The translations under genes were made by a program, and so were the position numbers. A DNA stretch of 64,000 bases from Mactra antiquata (taxonomy: Eukaryota), in the NCBI GenBank assembly GCA_047288015.1, contig CM103826.1, positions 3,917,510 through 3,981,509 on the forward strand, written 5' to 3'. The notes beneath the pieces are model-generated. The model saw only the letters and a program-made list of their open reading frames with translations, did not search any database and had not been told where the DNA came from. Position 1 is the stretch's first letter. The number at the start of each line of letters is the position of its first letter. Below, one piece after another: positions 22,897 through 35,160 of the stretch.

Positions 22897-23049
22897 GGAT
22901 GGGCAGCATTTTGTCTAGCAGCATTATCACCATTAGATGCCAGTCATAAGACAGAAGCTGCTAATTTCTTACAGGACAAGAATGCTCGTGATCTAGTTGG
23001 AGGTACTGGGGCTGCTAGTACATTACTGTTTATATATGCTAGTACATAG
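22897..23049 (+). CDS. Gene 1 candidate terminal exon S (stop TAG at 23047..23049).
   Basis: Acceptor cattgtag|ggatgg lies immediately after a small palindromic MITE. 51 codons open: GWAAFCLAALSPLDASHKTEAANFLQDKNARDLVGGTGAASTLLFIYAST*. Phase 0 is compatible with exon R (short form). Confidence 0.4.
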   Translation, partial: GWAAFCLAALSPLDASHKTEAANFLQDKNARDLVGGTGAASTLLFIYAST

Positions 23050-23114
23050 AACACTGATGTGAGGACTTCGAAGTGAAACTAAGATAGAACTTCTGTGTTT
23101 GAAATACAATCATA

Positions 23115-23275
23115 TACAGTAAAGTTCCGCTATAAAGACCACATTGGTTATTGCAAATTCAAGCAATTTTTGAGTCCTAAATGCTTAATTTAAGAAGAAA
23201 AAGGTCCCTATATTAAGACCATTTTGCTATAAAGACCGTCGATTTTGATGGTGCTACTAGCGGAACTCTACTGTA
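23115..23275. mobile_element. MITE (TA|CAGTAAAG...CTCTACTG|TA) copy 2.
   Basis: Terminal inverted repeats tacagtaaagttccgctataaagacca / tggtgctactagcggaactctactgta; flanked by TA. Confidence 0.8.
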
Positions 23276-24695
23276 TATGTATTCCAAGTTCAACTACATG
23301 TATATACAATTACAATAATTTATATAATCTACATGTGTTTAAATGTCATATACCCTCGTTTCGGAGTCATAATTAGCAAAAATGGAGTTTGATCTATCAA
23401 TCTTGTCTGTATTATATGATTTTAGCATTTGGTTTTGAGAAATTATAAACAAAAAAATAAACATTAAACTATGATTTGGTGTTGCTTGACATCTATGCTA
23501 CCTACATTTTTCCTACCTAGTTCTATATTATAAATGGGATATGCCATTACTGAATGTGTGTTAATACAAATATACATGTATTCATGAAATTCATCTGCTC
23601 ATGGTCATTATACATGTACATTTATACCTTACAGTAGTACATGTAATGGCAATGTACATGTATATAATGAATGTGCATGTGTATGGAAAGTTTCGGAAAA
23701 GTAATTTTCTGGAGATGACAAACAGAAATTGAATATTGCCTTACTCTTGAAAAAAAAACAGCATGAGAGTTTACTGCAGTTTTTAGTTAATACACATCAT
23801 TTCAGTTCGACACTGAAACAAGTTCTTACACATTAGATTAATCACTTCTGAGTTCACTTAATCCTAGTCCCCCAGTACTGAGCAACCAGGATAAAGTATC
23901 TTGCTCAATTAAACAACGAAATGTTTTATGGGATTCGAACCAGTGTAGAGATGGTTGTTCAAAGATTACCAGTCCAGTGTTGTAACAGCCCAGCCACCCC
24001 TCGTGAAAACCATAAAAAACAAAACTGCCACTGTTGATAATAAATGGTTTGAACTTCATTACTCATAACCAAAAAAACTCTGACAGGCAATACCTGAACA
24101 TTTCTGCCAAGTTTCATCAACTTTGGCCAATGGGGTTTAGAAGAAGTGTAAAGACATTGTATTGACGGACGCACACACGCACCACGGACAACGGACCATC
24201 ACGATAGCTCAATTTGAGCACTTTGTGTTCAGGTGAGCTAAAAAAACCAATGAAATGGCCTAGCATTTTTAGGGAGTACAAGTATGCACGGTGTCATAAA
24301 GGTGACATGTGTGGATCTTATTATTATTGCACACTAAAGAAATAATAGAATCTTATTATTGTATTCCCACGAGATAATTATTACGTTCCAGTTAGATAAG
24401 GATTGTGTCCCCCACAAAATTTTATTGCGTTCCCACAAGACAAGGACTTGCTCTAACGAGGTTAGCTCAGGCAACCAAATTACCTCAATCTCAATCAAAA
24501 CGTACTGGGGACACGAGACGTGACGTCCGACTCAAACCCGCATCTGCTGAAGGTGATTGTCAAAATCAAATATGTAGATAGACAAAGAATGTCCTTGTCT
24601 CAAGGAATAGAAACAGAATTCATCAGCAGTGTATGCCAGATAAATTTTGTGCGATGTCGACGACCGACCCAGTGATCTAAAGAGCTAGTGTTTTT

Positions 24696-24718
24696 ATCAT
24701 CATCATCATCATCATCAT
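24696..24718. repeat. (CAT)n microsatellite.
   Basis: atcatcatcatcatcatcatcat. Confidence 0.9.
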
Positions 24719-24999
24719 GCATTATGTTCGTAATCTCTTGCAATATATTGAAGTTAATAGTTCGTAATATGTATTATTTGCGTTCAAATAAGTATAAGTG
24801 TATGATCTACAAACAAATAAACACAGGTGTAATAGTATGTATTATTAACTCAAGGTTTCATCAATGTTTATTGGGTCACTCAATAAGTTTCAGGGCGGAT
24901 CATCGGTTTAGTGGTAAAACACTTGCTTCACGCCCCATGAGTCGCTGGTTTGATCCCCTCTCCTCAAATAAAATTACTAAGGCGCGAGAGTAGGTTGCT

Positions 25000-25400
25000 A
25001 TGGACCTAAATGCGGTTGCTAGGGTGTAAGTGGTGTTACCATGGATATTCGTGCGGTTGCTAGGGAGCGTAAGGTAGGATGTTAGGATCTTAAGTGTTTG
25101 CTAGGGCACTAGAATAATTGCTATGGACCATGAAACTGTTGCTTATTGCTCTTGAGTGGCTGCTATGGACCTCAAGCCGGTTACTTGAGGCGCAAGTGTA
25201 ATTGCCATGGGTATTTATGCGGTTGCTATGAATGCGAGACTGGTTAATATGGACCTAATAGCGGGGATACTAAGGGCGCTATTATGGTTGCTATTGACCT
25301 TAAGGTGGCTGCTCTAGGTGCTAGAGTGGTTGCAATGGACCTTAAGGTGGTTTATTAGGGCGCAAGATTGGTTTGGCATAGACCTTAGGGTGGTTGCGAC
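25000..25400. repeat. Satellite array with a unit of about 30 bp (ggttgctatggacct.aa..gcggttgctaggg..) immediately 3' of a tRNA-like SINE head at 24880..25000.
   Basis: At least 12 degenerate units containing ggttgct(a/g)(t/g)gga.c. Confidence 0.8.
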
Positions 25401-25454
25401 ATCTAGCGTCCGTGTTGCGACGTTTAGCGTCTAAATACAGTACTCGGATGGATC

Positions 25455-25610
25455 GTGCAAGTTACCGAAATGGGTGTGTATCGTGCGTTTATTGTGCGTG
25501 CATCGTGCGTGTATCATTCACATCGTGTGCGTGTACCGTTCGTTCCGTGTATTTGAATCGTGCATCGTGTATCGTTTGTCGTGTAATTTCATGTTAAAAG
25601 GACGGTCCGA
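25455..25610. repeat. Microsatellite-like array of cgtgtat / cgtgcgt motifs. A related array lies at 28866..28960.
   Basis: Repeated atcgtg(t/c)g(t)(g)(t) units. Flanking sequence ccgagtactgta is shared with the second locus in the opposite relative position. Confidence 0.7.
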
Positions 25611-26139
25611 GCCATTGTGATTGCGTATTTTCTATCGTGTATCGTGTGTACGAGATAAATAAACCGTGTTTGTGTCAAAGACCCAGACATTAGCTAGATT
25701 TATAAACAAGTAAGATCGTAGTTAATTATTTCACGACTATCAATTAAATTTGATAAGTTTCCAGGTCTGTGGTTATTGAGTTTTATATCGATTAAAATCG
25801 TACTCGATTCAAGCCGAAAATTTGAGTTAAATCGTCTGTTATGCTCGTCAATTACATGGTTTCGCGAGTGATATTTTCGAAAGATCCATCCCAAGAACGT
25901 AACACTGTACATTTTCCGACAATCGGAACACGTTTATTCGCCGGAAATCCGAAAATCTTTTCCGGAGAAAGTACGGAGAAGGTTTAAACAACCACAAATG
26001 CATTATAATAAATTCAATTTTCAAAATATTTTAGTATAATACTCTAGACATAAATAGAATTGAATATAGGTTAAAAAATAGATATTTATCCTAAACATAT
26101 AAACTAATTTTAACTCAAAAATCTCCGCGAAATCCATTT

Positions 26140-26490
26140 TGAATTTCCCGGAAATCATAAAACTAGCTACAAAATCGATGTTATTTATCCAAATGTAATA
26201 TTTTTTGTATTATCACGAAGCTAACATATCAGGCTTGAAATACCATATAAAACATATTATTATTTACATTGATTTAGTATCAAATATCGACTTCAAAGTA
26301 CGCTATGGACACAAAGAAAGAAAATCCGTAATTTCAGTTTTTGATTTTCCTGAAATCATAAAACTATCTACAAAAGCATTATTATGAAGCTAGCGTAACA
26401 GGCTTGAAATATTTAATAAAATATTGTATTTTAGCCCGTTTATTTTGCATTAAGTATCGACCTAAATACACGCTAAGAAACTTGAGATGA
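26140..26490. repeat. Tandem duplication of about 190 bp in 2 units (..cc(c/t)g(g)aaatcataaaacta.ctacaaaa...aggcttgaaata..atcgac.t.aa.tacgcta..).
   Basis: Two units with about 75-80% identity. Confidence 0.7.
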
Positions 26491-26726
26491 TATTTTATAT
26501 GGTTCCTGAACATTTGATGGGCCCCTCTATTGTAAAGCCCACTATTTGAGAAAATCGTGGACAGCGTGTGGGGTCATGGGATCGAATCTTTATGATCTTG
26601 TAGGAACCTCTTGGACTGTTGATAATCGTAAATACATGTACACACATGGTTGACCTTTATTTTACTGAAGTAAACGTATATGACCGAAGTTGGCCGAATT
26701 ATTTTTACATTGCTTAACTCAGACCA

Positions 26727-27470
26727 CAATTCATGTGTGTACCCCACCCTCCACCCACAAAGAATAGTTTTTCTTAATAATTTCTTAAATTACTATCCTA
26801 CTGGTTTTAAAATTTGAATATTTTTGAAAATTAAAGGGAGGTAATTCACTCAACAGACGTGGACTCAGTGCACATTAACTTTTTTCAGATTTCAGTACTT
26901 TTGATATTGATAAGAAAAAAAACTGCATTATTTCAACGGCACAATTCCTGTCTTAATAACCCTTTATCAAGATCGTTTTAAACAATCTATTTTTATGGAT
27001 TTTGGACTCTGCATAGTTTAACAGCATTTCGACTTGCCCTAATGAATACAATAAAAAATGTATCAAATGATAATCAGGGCAGGTTAAATTGTGTTGGACT
27101 TAAATGATTTTTTTTCTAGAATTTCCAAAGTTGTTGAAAAATCAAAAACATTGAATCAAATAAGTTTCTTTCTTTTTAATAAGAAACCATATACTATAAC
27201 TAATATTGATAATCAATTTGGAGGGGGGGGTAAGACAGGATAGAGCGCCATGATCGTGCGACCACATGCACGACTCATGCAGTGTGTTCGTCTCCTCACG
27301 AAGACAAACACAAAAAACAACAGTGTAAGCTCAACTCCCAGCAAAACATCAACAGCTCTGGTAACCATGCCGTATTTCCCTTCTCTATCATGAAAAAGGA
27401 TGGCGTGGTGTTTGAGAACGACCAGAGCCGATTAAATGCTTCGCCAAGAGAAGGCAAACGCTTGGAAATT
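26727..27470 (+). mobile_element. Dispersed repeat of about 740 bp, copy 2.
   Basis: See copy 1. The middle section has diverged. Confidence 0.75.
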
Positions 27471-30400
27471 TATATGACTTAATGTCATTAAAACGGTCCA
27501 ACAAGAAAAGGTGTAACCTTATGTACTACGAATAAACTCTAAGCAAATGGTTTTCATATGATCATGGCATCAGCAGACGACCGTGTCTATTAAATTCAAT
27601 CTTGTTTCAATTTATGTTTATTTCACGCTGCATATTCTCTGGGAATTATTTTCAAATGATGCATTATTTTTGCATCAATAGATCCAGAAAATAATTAATT
27701 AGATTCAAAAGTAAAAGTACAGTAAACTTACCTGGTTGTATTACATATAGTATATAATATTTAATCTAAGGCCCCAGGGCATAAAATAGGATTTATATAT
27801 ATACAATAATACAGGTAGGCAAGGGAAACAACCCAAGCTAAGGTACAATGTTTTTACGTTTTACTTCATTTTACGTTGAGCTACATAAGATATGACATCG
27901 AGTGGTTAAAACACGTGCTTTAATCTGTGTTTGGCATTGAATATCTGTTTATAAACAGCGTTCAACTTATTGTCTTTGGACTATATTTATAATATATTCA
28001 ATCTCGTGCACCAGAGGTTATCGTGCGTTGGGTCGAGAACCTTCATAACATCTGGTGTGCGAGAATGCGTATACAGTGAACATGTGTATAATCCAAAGAC
28101 GATATAGTCACCTCTCGGGGTCCGCACATAATGCATCTTCAAAGGTATGAAGGAACCTCATTTAATCTAAAATGCAGAAAACAATCATATAATGTTCAGA
28201 GCTGTTTCCTGTTAATTCCAAATAGGTCTAAATTACAAAGAAAAGTGTACATCTTGTGGATATCTCATCCAAAAATAGTAGTATTGGATCTTACGACGGT
28301 CTGTGATAAAAAACACTTGTGAGCAAAGTCCTTCTGTTTCTTCAATTATGGGGTAATTGCATGTGGTGCGTTTCCTATTATTACCATGTTAATATAACTG
28401 CTTCATTATTTACACCCTCAAAATGATTTCTGATCTTGTATAAAAATGACAAAAATAATTGATGTTTTGACGAATCGCCGAAACATTATTCCATTATTTG
28501 TACGAACTTGTAACGTAAAAAAATTCTACAGTTGATATAATCAGGGATTCGCAATCATGTACATTTATATCAAATTTCAACAGTTGTGGATGATAGTGCA
28601 GCTCATTCTGATAGTGAGTATTACATGTTCAAATATTAATATTCACATGTATTTTATAACAACACGCTTCACTTTCGCTTAAGTTTCCAGAAAAATGAGT
28701 TGTGTTCGACTGTTTAGGTGTTATGAATAAAAAATAATCTTGGATTTTTAATTTACATCTGTGACGCATAAAATGTATAAGTCGTCGATAGGCGAAAATA
28801 GCCGAGGAATCCGAACAAACGTGTTTAACGTGTATCGTGAACCGGGATTGTCAATTTGAGCCCAAACGAAGCTTTCTATCGTGTTCGTGTATCGTGCGTA
28901 TCGTGCGTATCGTGTGCGTTCATCGTGTGTGTATCGTGCGTGTATCGTCCGTTCCGTGTGACAACTTGCGCAACCCGAGTACTGTAAAAGTGTTTGAAAC
29001 TAACCGAAACGTTAGTTTTGTTTACTAGGGTTACAATTATGCCAATTGCTCAAGGGTGACAGGGTGCCATCACTCAGATTCTCAATCAGCACTACTCAAA
29101 GATATTGTAACTGCATTAAAACCTTGTGGAGACGCAAGTGCACGGTACTGCTGGACTATTTACATTTTTATTGCACAAAAACTGTTAAATCGAATTGTTT
29201 TCATGCTCAGCCGTCTTATAAATGTTTTCCGTAATTTATCATAAAGAAAAATACGAGTCTACTAAGCTTTTTTTAAAAAGGACCCCCTTTTCTACGAAAT
29301 AGCCACTTTCTTTAACTTAAACTTTGAAAGCAAACAGTTTAACAATGTATCTTTGTGTCTAAGCTTGTTATATTTAGTTGAATTTGACGTTAAAAGATCG
29401 TTTTCTAATCTGCTGTAAATGAATATACCTTAGTATTGTGGCTTTAAAATTGTTTTTATCTTCGGGTCATCACTGCTGATACTTGTCGAAATATATCGGT
29501 GTAAGGAAATACTTTATCGGATAGAGTAACCAGTGTTAGAATACAAGGCAAATTTATTTACTTTGTCCGTTTATGTCCAACATAAGCCACTGTCGTGGTC
29601 CATTACGCTGGACTTTGCTCAGACGACCAGGGGCAGATTCCCGGCCATGTACATTCGACAATAATGTCGAGTTTTCTCCGTGTAGGAAGATGTTGTCGGC
29701 TGATTGGTTGAGCAAGTACACATTAGGTATAGTAAGGAATTCAGAAAAAAATGGTGAGACGAGCTGGACACACTCAGCTGGTCACCATACGTAAATGACT
29801 GTAAACATGTTGACAAACGACGCATAATCCAAATAAACAAACAAACAAATACAGTGTACGTCAAATGTAGATTAGTAATAGTATTTTAGGTTTATTTTAT
29901 AAAAGGGGATCCATTGTCCAGTGTGGATTGAAAATATTGGATATATAAACATACAATACTATCGTATAAAATTGTTAGCAATCGGACCATTTAATTATTT
30001 AGTCCTAAATGAAATAACTATTTTGATCTCAGTACATACGTGTATGTACCCAGAGGTATTACTAATTTGTATTTAATCTTACACTAATCTATACACCTGG
30101 CCCTTCAGGCAATACATCAAAAGTTTTGTTTATGAAATACAACACTAGTAAAGTAATCATGTTTTTGTTTGTTTATTTAGAAACAAGTGTCATACCCTAA
30201 TTTGTCATAATTAAAATGTTGTGGCGTTTTTAACAATGTTTGTTTCTGTTATTAGTTCAGGGACAAATCAACAATTTTTCCAAGGGGGGTTGAAGTAAAG
30301 TTATTTTTATGTAGGGTCCGTACGCTCAAGTTATCATTTGGATACACGTTTTCAACCGTTTGTTATCATGAGATTCGACCATTTAAGGAAGGAGGGGGGT

Positions 30401-31204
30401 CAGGATCCCCCAACCCTCCCTACTTGGATCCGTCACTGACATCTGATTCTGTTTCCCTATATAATGAATAACAGTGTTGATTAGTATTTCATTAAAACTC
30501 TGAAGCTAGTTGGGATTCAAGAAATATGGTAAGTAAACAAATTTTTTTTAAATATATTCTATAAAGAAAATTTATATGTTTGTACTTTATTATTTATTAT
30601 ATTAAACTATTATTTTAATGGTCCTTTTGTGTTATATATCTTACTGATAATTTATATGTAATATGATACCTTGATTTTATTATTAGCTACATATTTCATA
30701 TAGAATATCAGATCATAAAGACGTATCATCTATAAGAAAAATGTTATTATCGCTGTCTGTGACAAGTTCATTCAACAGCACAAGTAAGTTGCTAGGTTAT
30801 CAAACGTAGCAACCAGGTTGGCAACCTGAGAGTCTATATGTAAAACCGACCGAGCCATGCATGCTACGTAAATTATTATATTAACGTTGAACAACTGCGT
30901 TATGTATGTACAGTGTTGTTTCTAACTCAAACTGACTTAAGTCAGAAGTTAAAAGTCATTCTCGTGAGAGAACGAATCTGGTGAAAGCTGTAATTTCCAT
31001 GCTCAGGTTTGATGAATTATTTATTATGTCCATTATTTATACAAATTGGATGAATACAGTATTTCATGAATATATTTCATTTATCAGTTGCAGCAATAAT
31101 TTCCTACCAGCCTCCAAAAACATTGTCAATGTTACTCGATGTTATACTGGAATGTTGGCAGTAACGAAAGATGTGCCTATAGCCTCTTTTTGGCAACTTA
31201 GCAT

Positions 31205-31220
31205 TTTCTTATTTTTAAAC
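31205..31220 (+). promoter_or_regulatory. Candidate TATA-like element (tatttttaaac) about 30 bp upstream of the gene 2 ATG. An upstream non-coding exon (acceptor ttttag just before ATG) is not excluded.
   Basis: AT-rich TATA-like string only. No other support is visible from sequence. Confidence 0.15.
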
Positions 31221-31243
31221 GTTCTTGTTCATGATTTTAGAAA

Positions 31244-31355
31244 ATGAAGTTATCACACATTGTGTCGACCATTGTCTGCTGGTTTGTGACAGTGTCAGCA
31301 CAAAATGCTGAGTTCAGTTTGTTACAACCCCAAGGATTGAAATTTTCACTGCCAG
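31244..31355 (+). CDS. Gene 2 (CBM39-like + GH16 beta-1,3-glucanase) exon 1: start codon and signal peptide.
   Basis: ATG at 31244 is preceded by an in-frame TAG two codons upstream. Translation MKLSHIVSTIVCWFVTVSAQNAEFSLLQPQGLKFSLP(G) has a hydrophobic core and an AQ-type cleavage site. Donor ccag|gtaaat; phase 1 out. Confidence 0.8.
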
Positions 31356-31749
31356 GTAAATTAACATTTATACATGTATTAAAGTATTCTTCTTCGAAAA
31401 TGATAGTGTTGCATTAGTTACAGTTCATGGTCCGAGCTTATAAAACATGAGAACGAATTCCATGCTCAAAACTCAGTTTTGTGACCAAGCTTCATTCTTT
31501 AATGACATAAAACTATGGACTTATTCACTTATTCATCGCAGTTTAGAAAAGTAATGGGACTCTGCTTCCAAATATTATTAGGCTTTCTTGCATTGATCCG
31601 TTATTTACAATTAATTCTCTTGAGAATGAAACTGAATTTTGGGCAGGGAGTTCGTTCTCAAGTTTTACAACCTCGGATCCGGTTGTTGTTTTTTCTCACA
31701 TTTGTACTGAAATCATAGAAAAAAGACCATAGCTACCTACTGAATGTAA

Positions 31750-32012
31750 ACGCAGTCCGTAGTGCGTCTGTCTTTGAATACAGGGGTCGTAGGTTCGATT
31801 CCCGTACGAGACCTTCATACACTCTTACAGTTTGGTCATGAAATACTTTTTACGGCAATTCTCCATCCTACCGCTGTATGGTGTATAGCAGTTAAAAGTT
31901 CCGGTTAAAAGCTTAGGTTTAGGGATCTAAGCATCTCCATTGGTAGCGAATATGTCGACTGACCGCCGCAATATGACTGAAAAATTGTCGCAAAGTGGCG
32001 TAAAGCACCATG
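31750..32012 (+). mobile_element. SINE family C copy in gene 2 intron 1.
   Basis: Core and family C tail present; head partly truncated. Confidence 0.8.
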
Positions 32013-32091
32013 ATATATTTAATTTACCAAATATTGATTGAATATAAATATGTATAATTATATTTATTTCAATTTCTCTCATATATTCCAG

Positions 32092-32193
32092 ATCAGTCTG
32101 GTATATCTTTGGTTGGATTACATTATAACATAAATCAACCAATGAATGGCCTAGAACATGGACAAGTTGGTGTTGATATCAATACTAAAACTG
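32092..32193 (+). CDS. Gene 2 exon 2: CBM39-like module part 1.
   Basis: Acceptor attccag|atcag and donor ctg|gtaagt. Translation DQSGISLVGLHYNINQPMNGLEHGQVGVDINTKTG. Paralog of gene 1 exon A. Confidence 0.85.
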
Positions 32194-32639
32194 GTAAGTT
32201 TATATGAACTACAGCATATTTTATTTGCTTTCAATATTATTGTTTAGCACACGGGCGATATGGTTAATTATATTACCAATGCACCGTTGCTATTGATAGA
32301 ATTGTATTAAACTAAACCAAATATCTGTTGGCCCCAGTGCATTCACAATTTTTCAACAATAAATTTAACATATCCTTCCGCACCCTATTTGAATAGCTAA
32401 TAAATGTTCGCTCAATTATTAGTCATTCGCCACTTTAGAATAATTTGTTAACTAATGGTTGCACTAAACTTGTTTTTGAGCTAAGCTATAGGCAAATAAA
32501 TTAAGCTGTTTGTGTTTTCAATGGAACTATTTTAGGCGATATCAGGAAGAGAAGTAAGAGAAAAAAAACAACATTCAAAATTTCACGTACCAGATCCGAA
32601 ACAATACCTACGACTGATGAGTCAGTCTAGCTAAACTAA

Positions 32640-32800
32640 GCTCTTCCCATGTCCATAACACATACCTCGTCTTCTTCGTTGAATACAGTCCCCAGGGCTG
32701 TTCGTAGTACCTTTTGAATTTTTAATGCAAAGTTCTCTTTTGCGTGGGACAGACACAACTCAAAACTTGACTTTTGATTTTTATCCACAATCATCGTTTA
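32640..32800. repeat. Dispersed repeat with a second copy at 42095..42255 (..gttgaatacagtc...ttgaatgcaaagtt.tc.tttgc.tgggacaga.aca..tcaaaacttg..).
   Basis: About 150 bp with about 80% identity between the two loci. Confidence 0.65.
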
Positions 32801-33374
32801 GGCGATGACAAATATCTCGTTTTAGTCTATAAATTTTAACAACACGACTCACTGAGCTCGCTAAACATTGTTCAGACATTCATATAGCATCAAAATATTA
32901 TTATGCTAAGCCCTGTGTGTTTACGACAAGAACTAATTAGTGTAAATTGTTGTGTGCTTCGCCAGTGTTTTGCCTCGCGTATGTAGCAAAAACCCATGAA
33001 ACTTGGTGGACCTCCTACGAATCCTTGCGGATTTATTCGTCGTATGAATTGGTCGAAGTGTTCTAAATGGCTTCATAATTATCAGACTGATTCTTTATTT
33101 GCTTGCGTTTATCGGCACGCCAACACAAAAAGGTCATGTCGCTATCAGACTGATCAGCTTATAGAAAATCTTTTACACATGGTCATGGATTATACAGAGT
33201 CCCATTCTCGGAACTCGGAGGTTATTAAAACATAGTTGATCTTGTTAGAATCAAGTATTTTCTAAGTGAACCTCTGACTTGTCTTGTGAGAATGACGTCC
33301 TTGACGTGGTTCATTATTTTCGTCTCTAATGTTCATAATAAACTTATTATTTATTATTATATTGATTGTTTCAG

Positions 33375-33509
33375 GAAATGCATGGGTACATGAGAAAACT
33401 AATGTCGCTGTAAAACCAGGTGATACCGTATACTTTTGGTATCTTGTTGTTAAGAATGGAATAGGAAGTCTGGTAAAAGATCAAACATGGACGCCTCCTG
33501 GAAGTACCG
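33375..33509 (+). CDS. Gene 2 exon 3: CBM39-like module part 2.
   Basis: Acceptor tgtttcag|gaaatg and donor taccg|gtcagt. Translation GNAWVHEKTNVAVKPGDTVYFWYLVVKNGIGSLVKDQTWTPPGSTG. It resembles the insect betaGRP N-domain (CBM39) motif [28 protein letters not shown]. Confidence 0.85.
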
Positions 33510-33967
33510 GTCAGTTGTTGTCATATATTTTACTATCTCAGCTTGAAATAATTACGACAAATTACACGAGTACTAAATTTATTCAATTATAACAAGCTTT
33601 TGCGAGAAAAATATTAGGTCAATTTTATATACCCTTCCATGAAAACTCGACAATAGTGTCGATTTTCCTCCATTAATAAGGTATATGGAGCAGTAGGCTA
33701 GGCTAGGATTTCGAATCTATTGTCCCGAAGGGATTGCTGATTCGATTGAAAATGTTTTGTTGCTTCTGGAGATGTACTGTCACGATATGACTTAATTAAT
33801 GTTAATTAAAACATCCACGTGGCACTTAATAGACTATAATGTCAGTTTACATAGGGCTCAATTTTTCAGCTAACGCAATATTAACCTTTTTGTTAGCTGT
33901 GGAATTAAGTGGTATATAAAACTTATAAGAATTATTTTAATGAAATATTTTTCACTGTTCGTAGGTA

Positions 33968-34196
33968 TGGTCCGCTGACGCTAAAGTGGCCGATTGTAAT
34001 GACCAATACTCTGTCGTTATCATTGATAGGGAAAGTTGTTAAATCATATTCCATGACTAGTTTTATTTTAAGTTTAGCTATATAAGATATGGTCGAGTGA
34101 CTATAATCACGTGATTTATTTTTAATACGTGTTTCCTTATTGAGTATCTGATTATAAACAAAGTCCAACTTATCGTCTTTGTACTATATTAGAGTA
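33968..34196. mobile_element. MITE (GTCTACAGACGATAAAGTGAC family) copy in gene 2 intron 3.
   Basis: Ends tggtccgctgacgctaaagtggccg ... caacttatcgtctttgtactat. Confidence 0.6.
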
Positions 34197-34305
34197 TTAC
34201 AATAAATCGCCAATATTCTAAAGGAACAGGCTACAGAAAGATTTACACATACAAGAAGTAAATTCGGGTGTTTATAAACGATTTATGTTTCTATGGTAAC
34301 TATAG

Positions 34306-34493
34306 GTCCAATAACAACATCAACAAAAGGTCCAACGGCAACAACAAAAACTGAAGGCCCCACCCAACCACCACAAACCACGTCTAGACCAACATCAAAT
34401 CCGTCTAACTACCCTCGTTTGATATTTGAAGACAATTTTGACACCTTGAACCTTGATGTATGGGAACATGAGATTACTGCCGGTGGTGGAGGA
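34306..34493 (+). CDS. Gene 2 exon 4: Thr/Pro linker plus start of the GH16 domain.
   Basis: Acceptor ctatag|gtcc and donor ggagga|gtaagt. Translation GPITTSTKGPTATTKTEGPTQPPQTTSRPTSNPSNYPRLIFEDNFDTLNLDVWEHEITAGGGG. Phase 1 in, phase 0 out. Confidence 0.85.
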
Positions 34494-34821
34494 GTAAGTT
34501 AATTATATATTTACTCTGTAAATTTGTTTTATACTTAGTCGATAGCGCAGCCGACTGTCTTCTTCTTCTATGGTAATGGCTATCAGTCATTACTGACTAC
34601 ATTATGACCATGCGTGGGGTGTTAGTAAAAGTGAGCTACCAGACCCCCTCAGCTACTAAATCCATCAAGGGGATACTGGTAGTGTGATAAAATAGGAGCA
34701 AAACCTAAACTTCTTAACAACCTTAAAATGCCCTTAAGTCTACAAATACACTACTAAGTGCAGAGAGAGAGAGAGAGGTTGGCAATTGTTAAAATCAGGA
34801 TAAAAAGAGTGTGTTCTATTT

Positions 34822-35078
34822 AGGGCTGCATCAATACGGGGGCGTCGGTTTGATTCTCGGAATAGCCTAAATTGTTTCGTGGATTTTGGTTACCAACTGC
34901 TTTCTACGACTATTCTTCATCCTACTTCTGTATCAAATAGGGCAGTTGTCAGTCGCTGGCTTAGTACTGGTTAGATGCTTAGGACTAGAAATCTAAGCAT
35001 CTCCAGCGATTGTGACTAGGTCGACTGACCGCCGCAATGTGACTGAAAAATTGTCGGCAGAGCAGCATAAAGCATCGC
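34822..35078 (+). mobile_element. SINE family C copy in gene 2 intron 4.
   Basis: Head gggctgcatcaatacgggggcgtcggtttgattctcgg, core and family C tail. Confidence 0.75.
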
Positions 35079-35160
35079 ATTCTCGGAACCCAGAGGTTAT
35101 CAAGACATAGTTAGATCGACTATGTCTTGATAACCTCTGGGTTCCGAGAATGAAAGCATC
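35078..35160. mobile_element. Small palindromic MITE (31-bp perfect inverted repeat ttctcggaacccagaggttatcaagacatag / ctatgtcttgataacctctgggttccgagaa). Other copies at 22836..22890, 33196..33295 and 35696..35762.
   Basis: Perfect hairpin-forming inverted repeat with an 11-bp spacer; dispersed copies. Confidence 0.7.

Noticed and set aside
22896-23002. Treating exon S as definitively terminating gene 1 with a GPI-anchor signal (..GGTGAASTLLFIYAST*).
   Set aside because: The hydrophobic tail is only about 9 residues, too short for a GPI signal. A usable donor (G|GTACTG at 23002/23003) means the exon could instead be internal. This is left as uncertain.
29573-29864. Overlapping plus/minus ORFs (73 and 81 aa) as a gene.
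   Set aside because: The region matches the head of SINE family B (..ggccatgtacattcgacaataatgtcgagttttctcc..). Similar spurious ORFs occur over other copies (35589..36106). This is a repeat-derived artefact.
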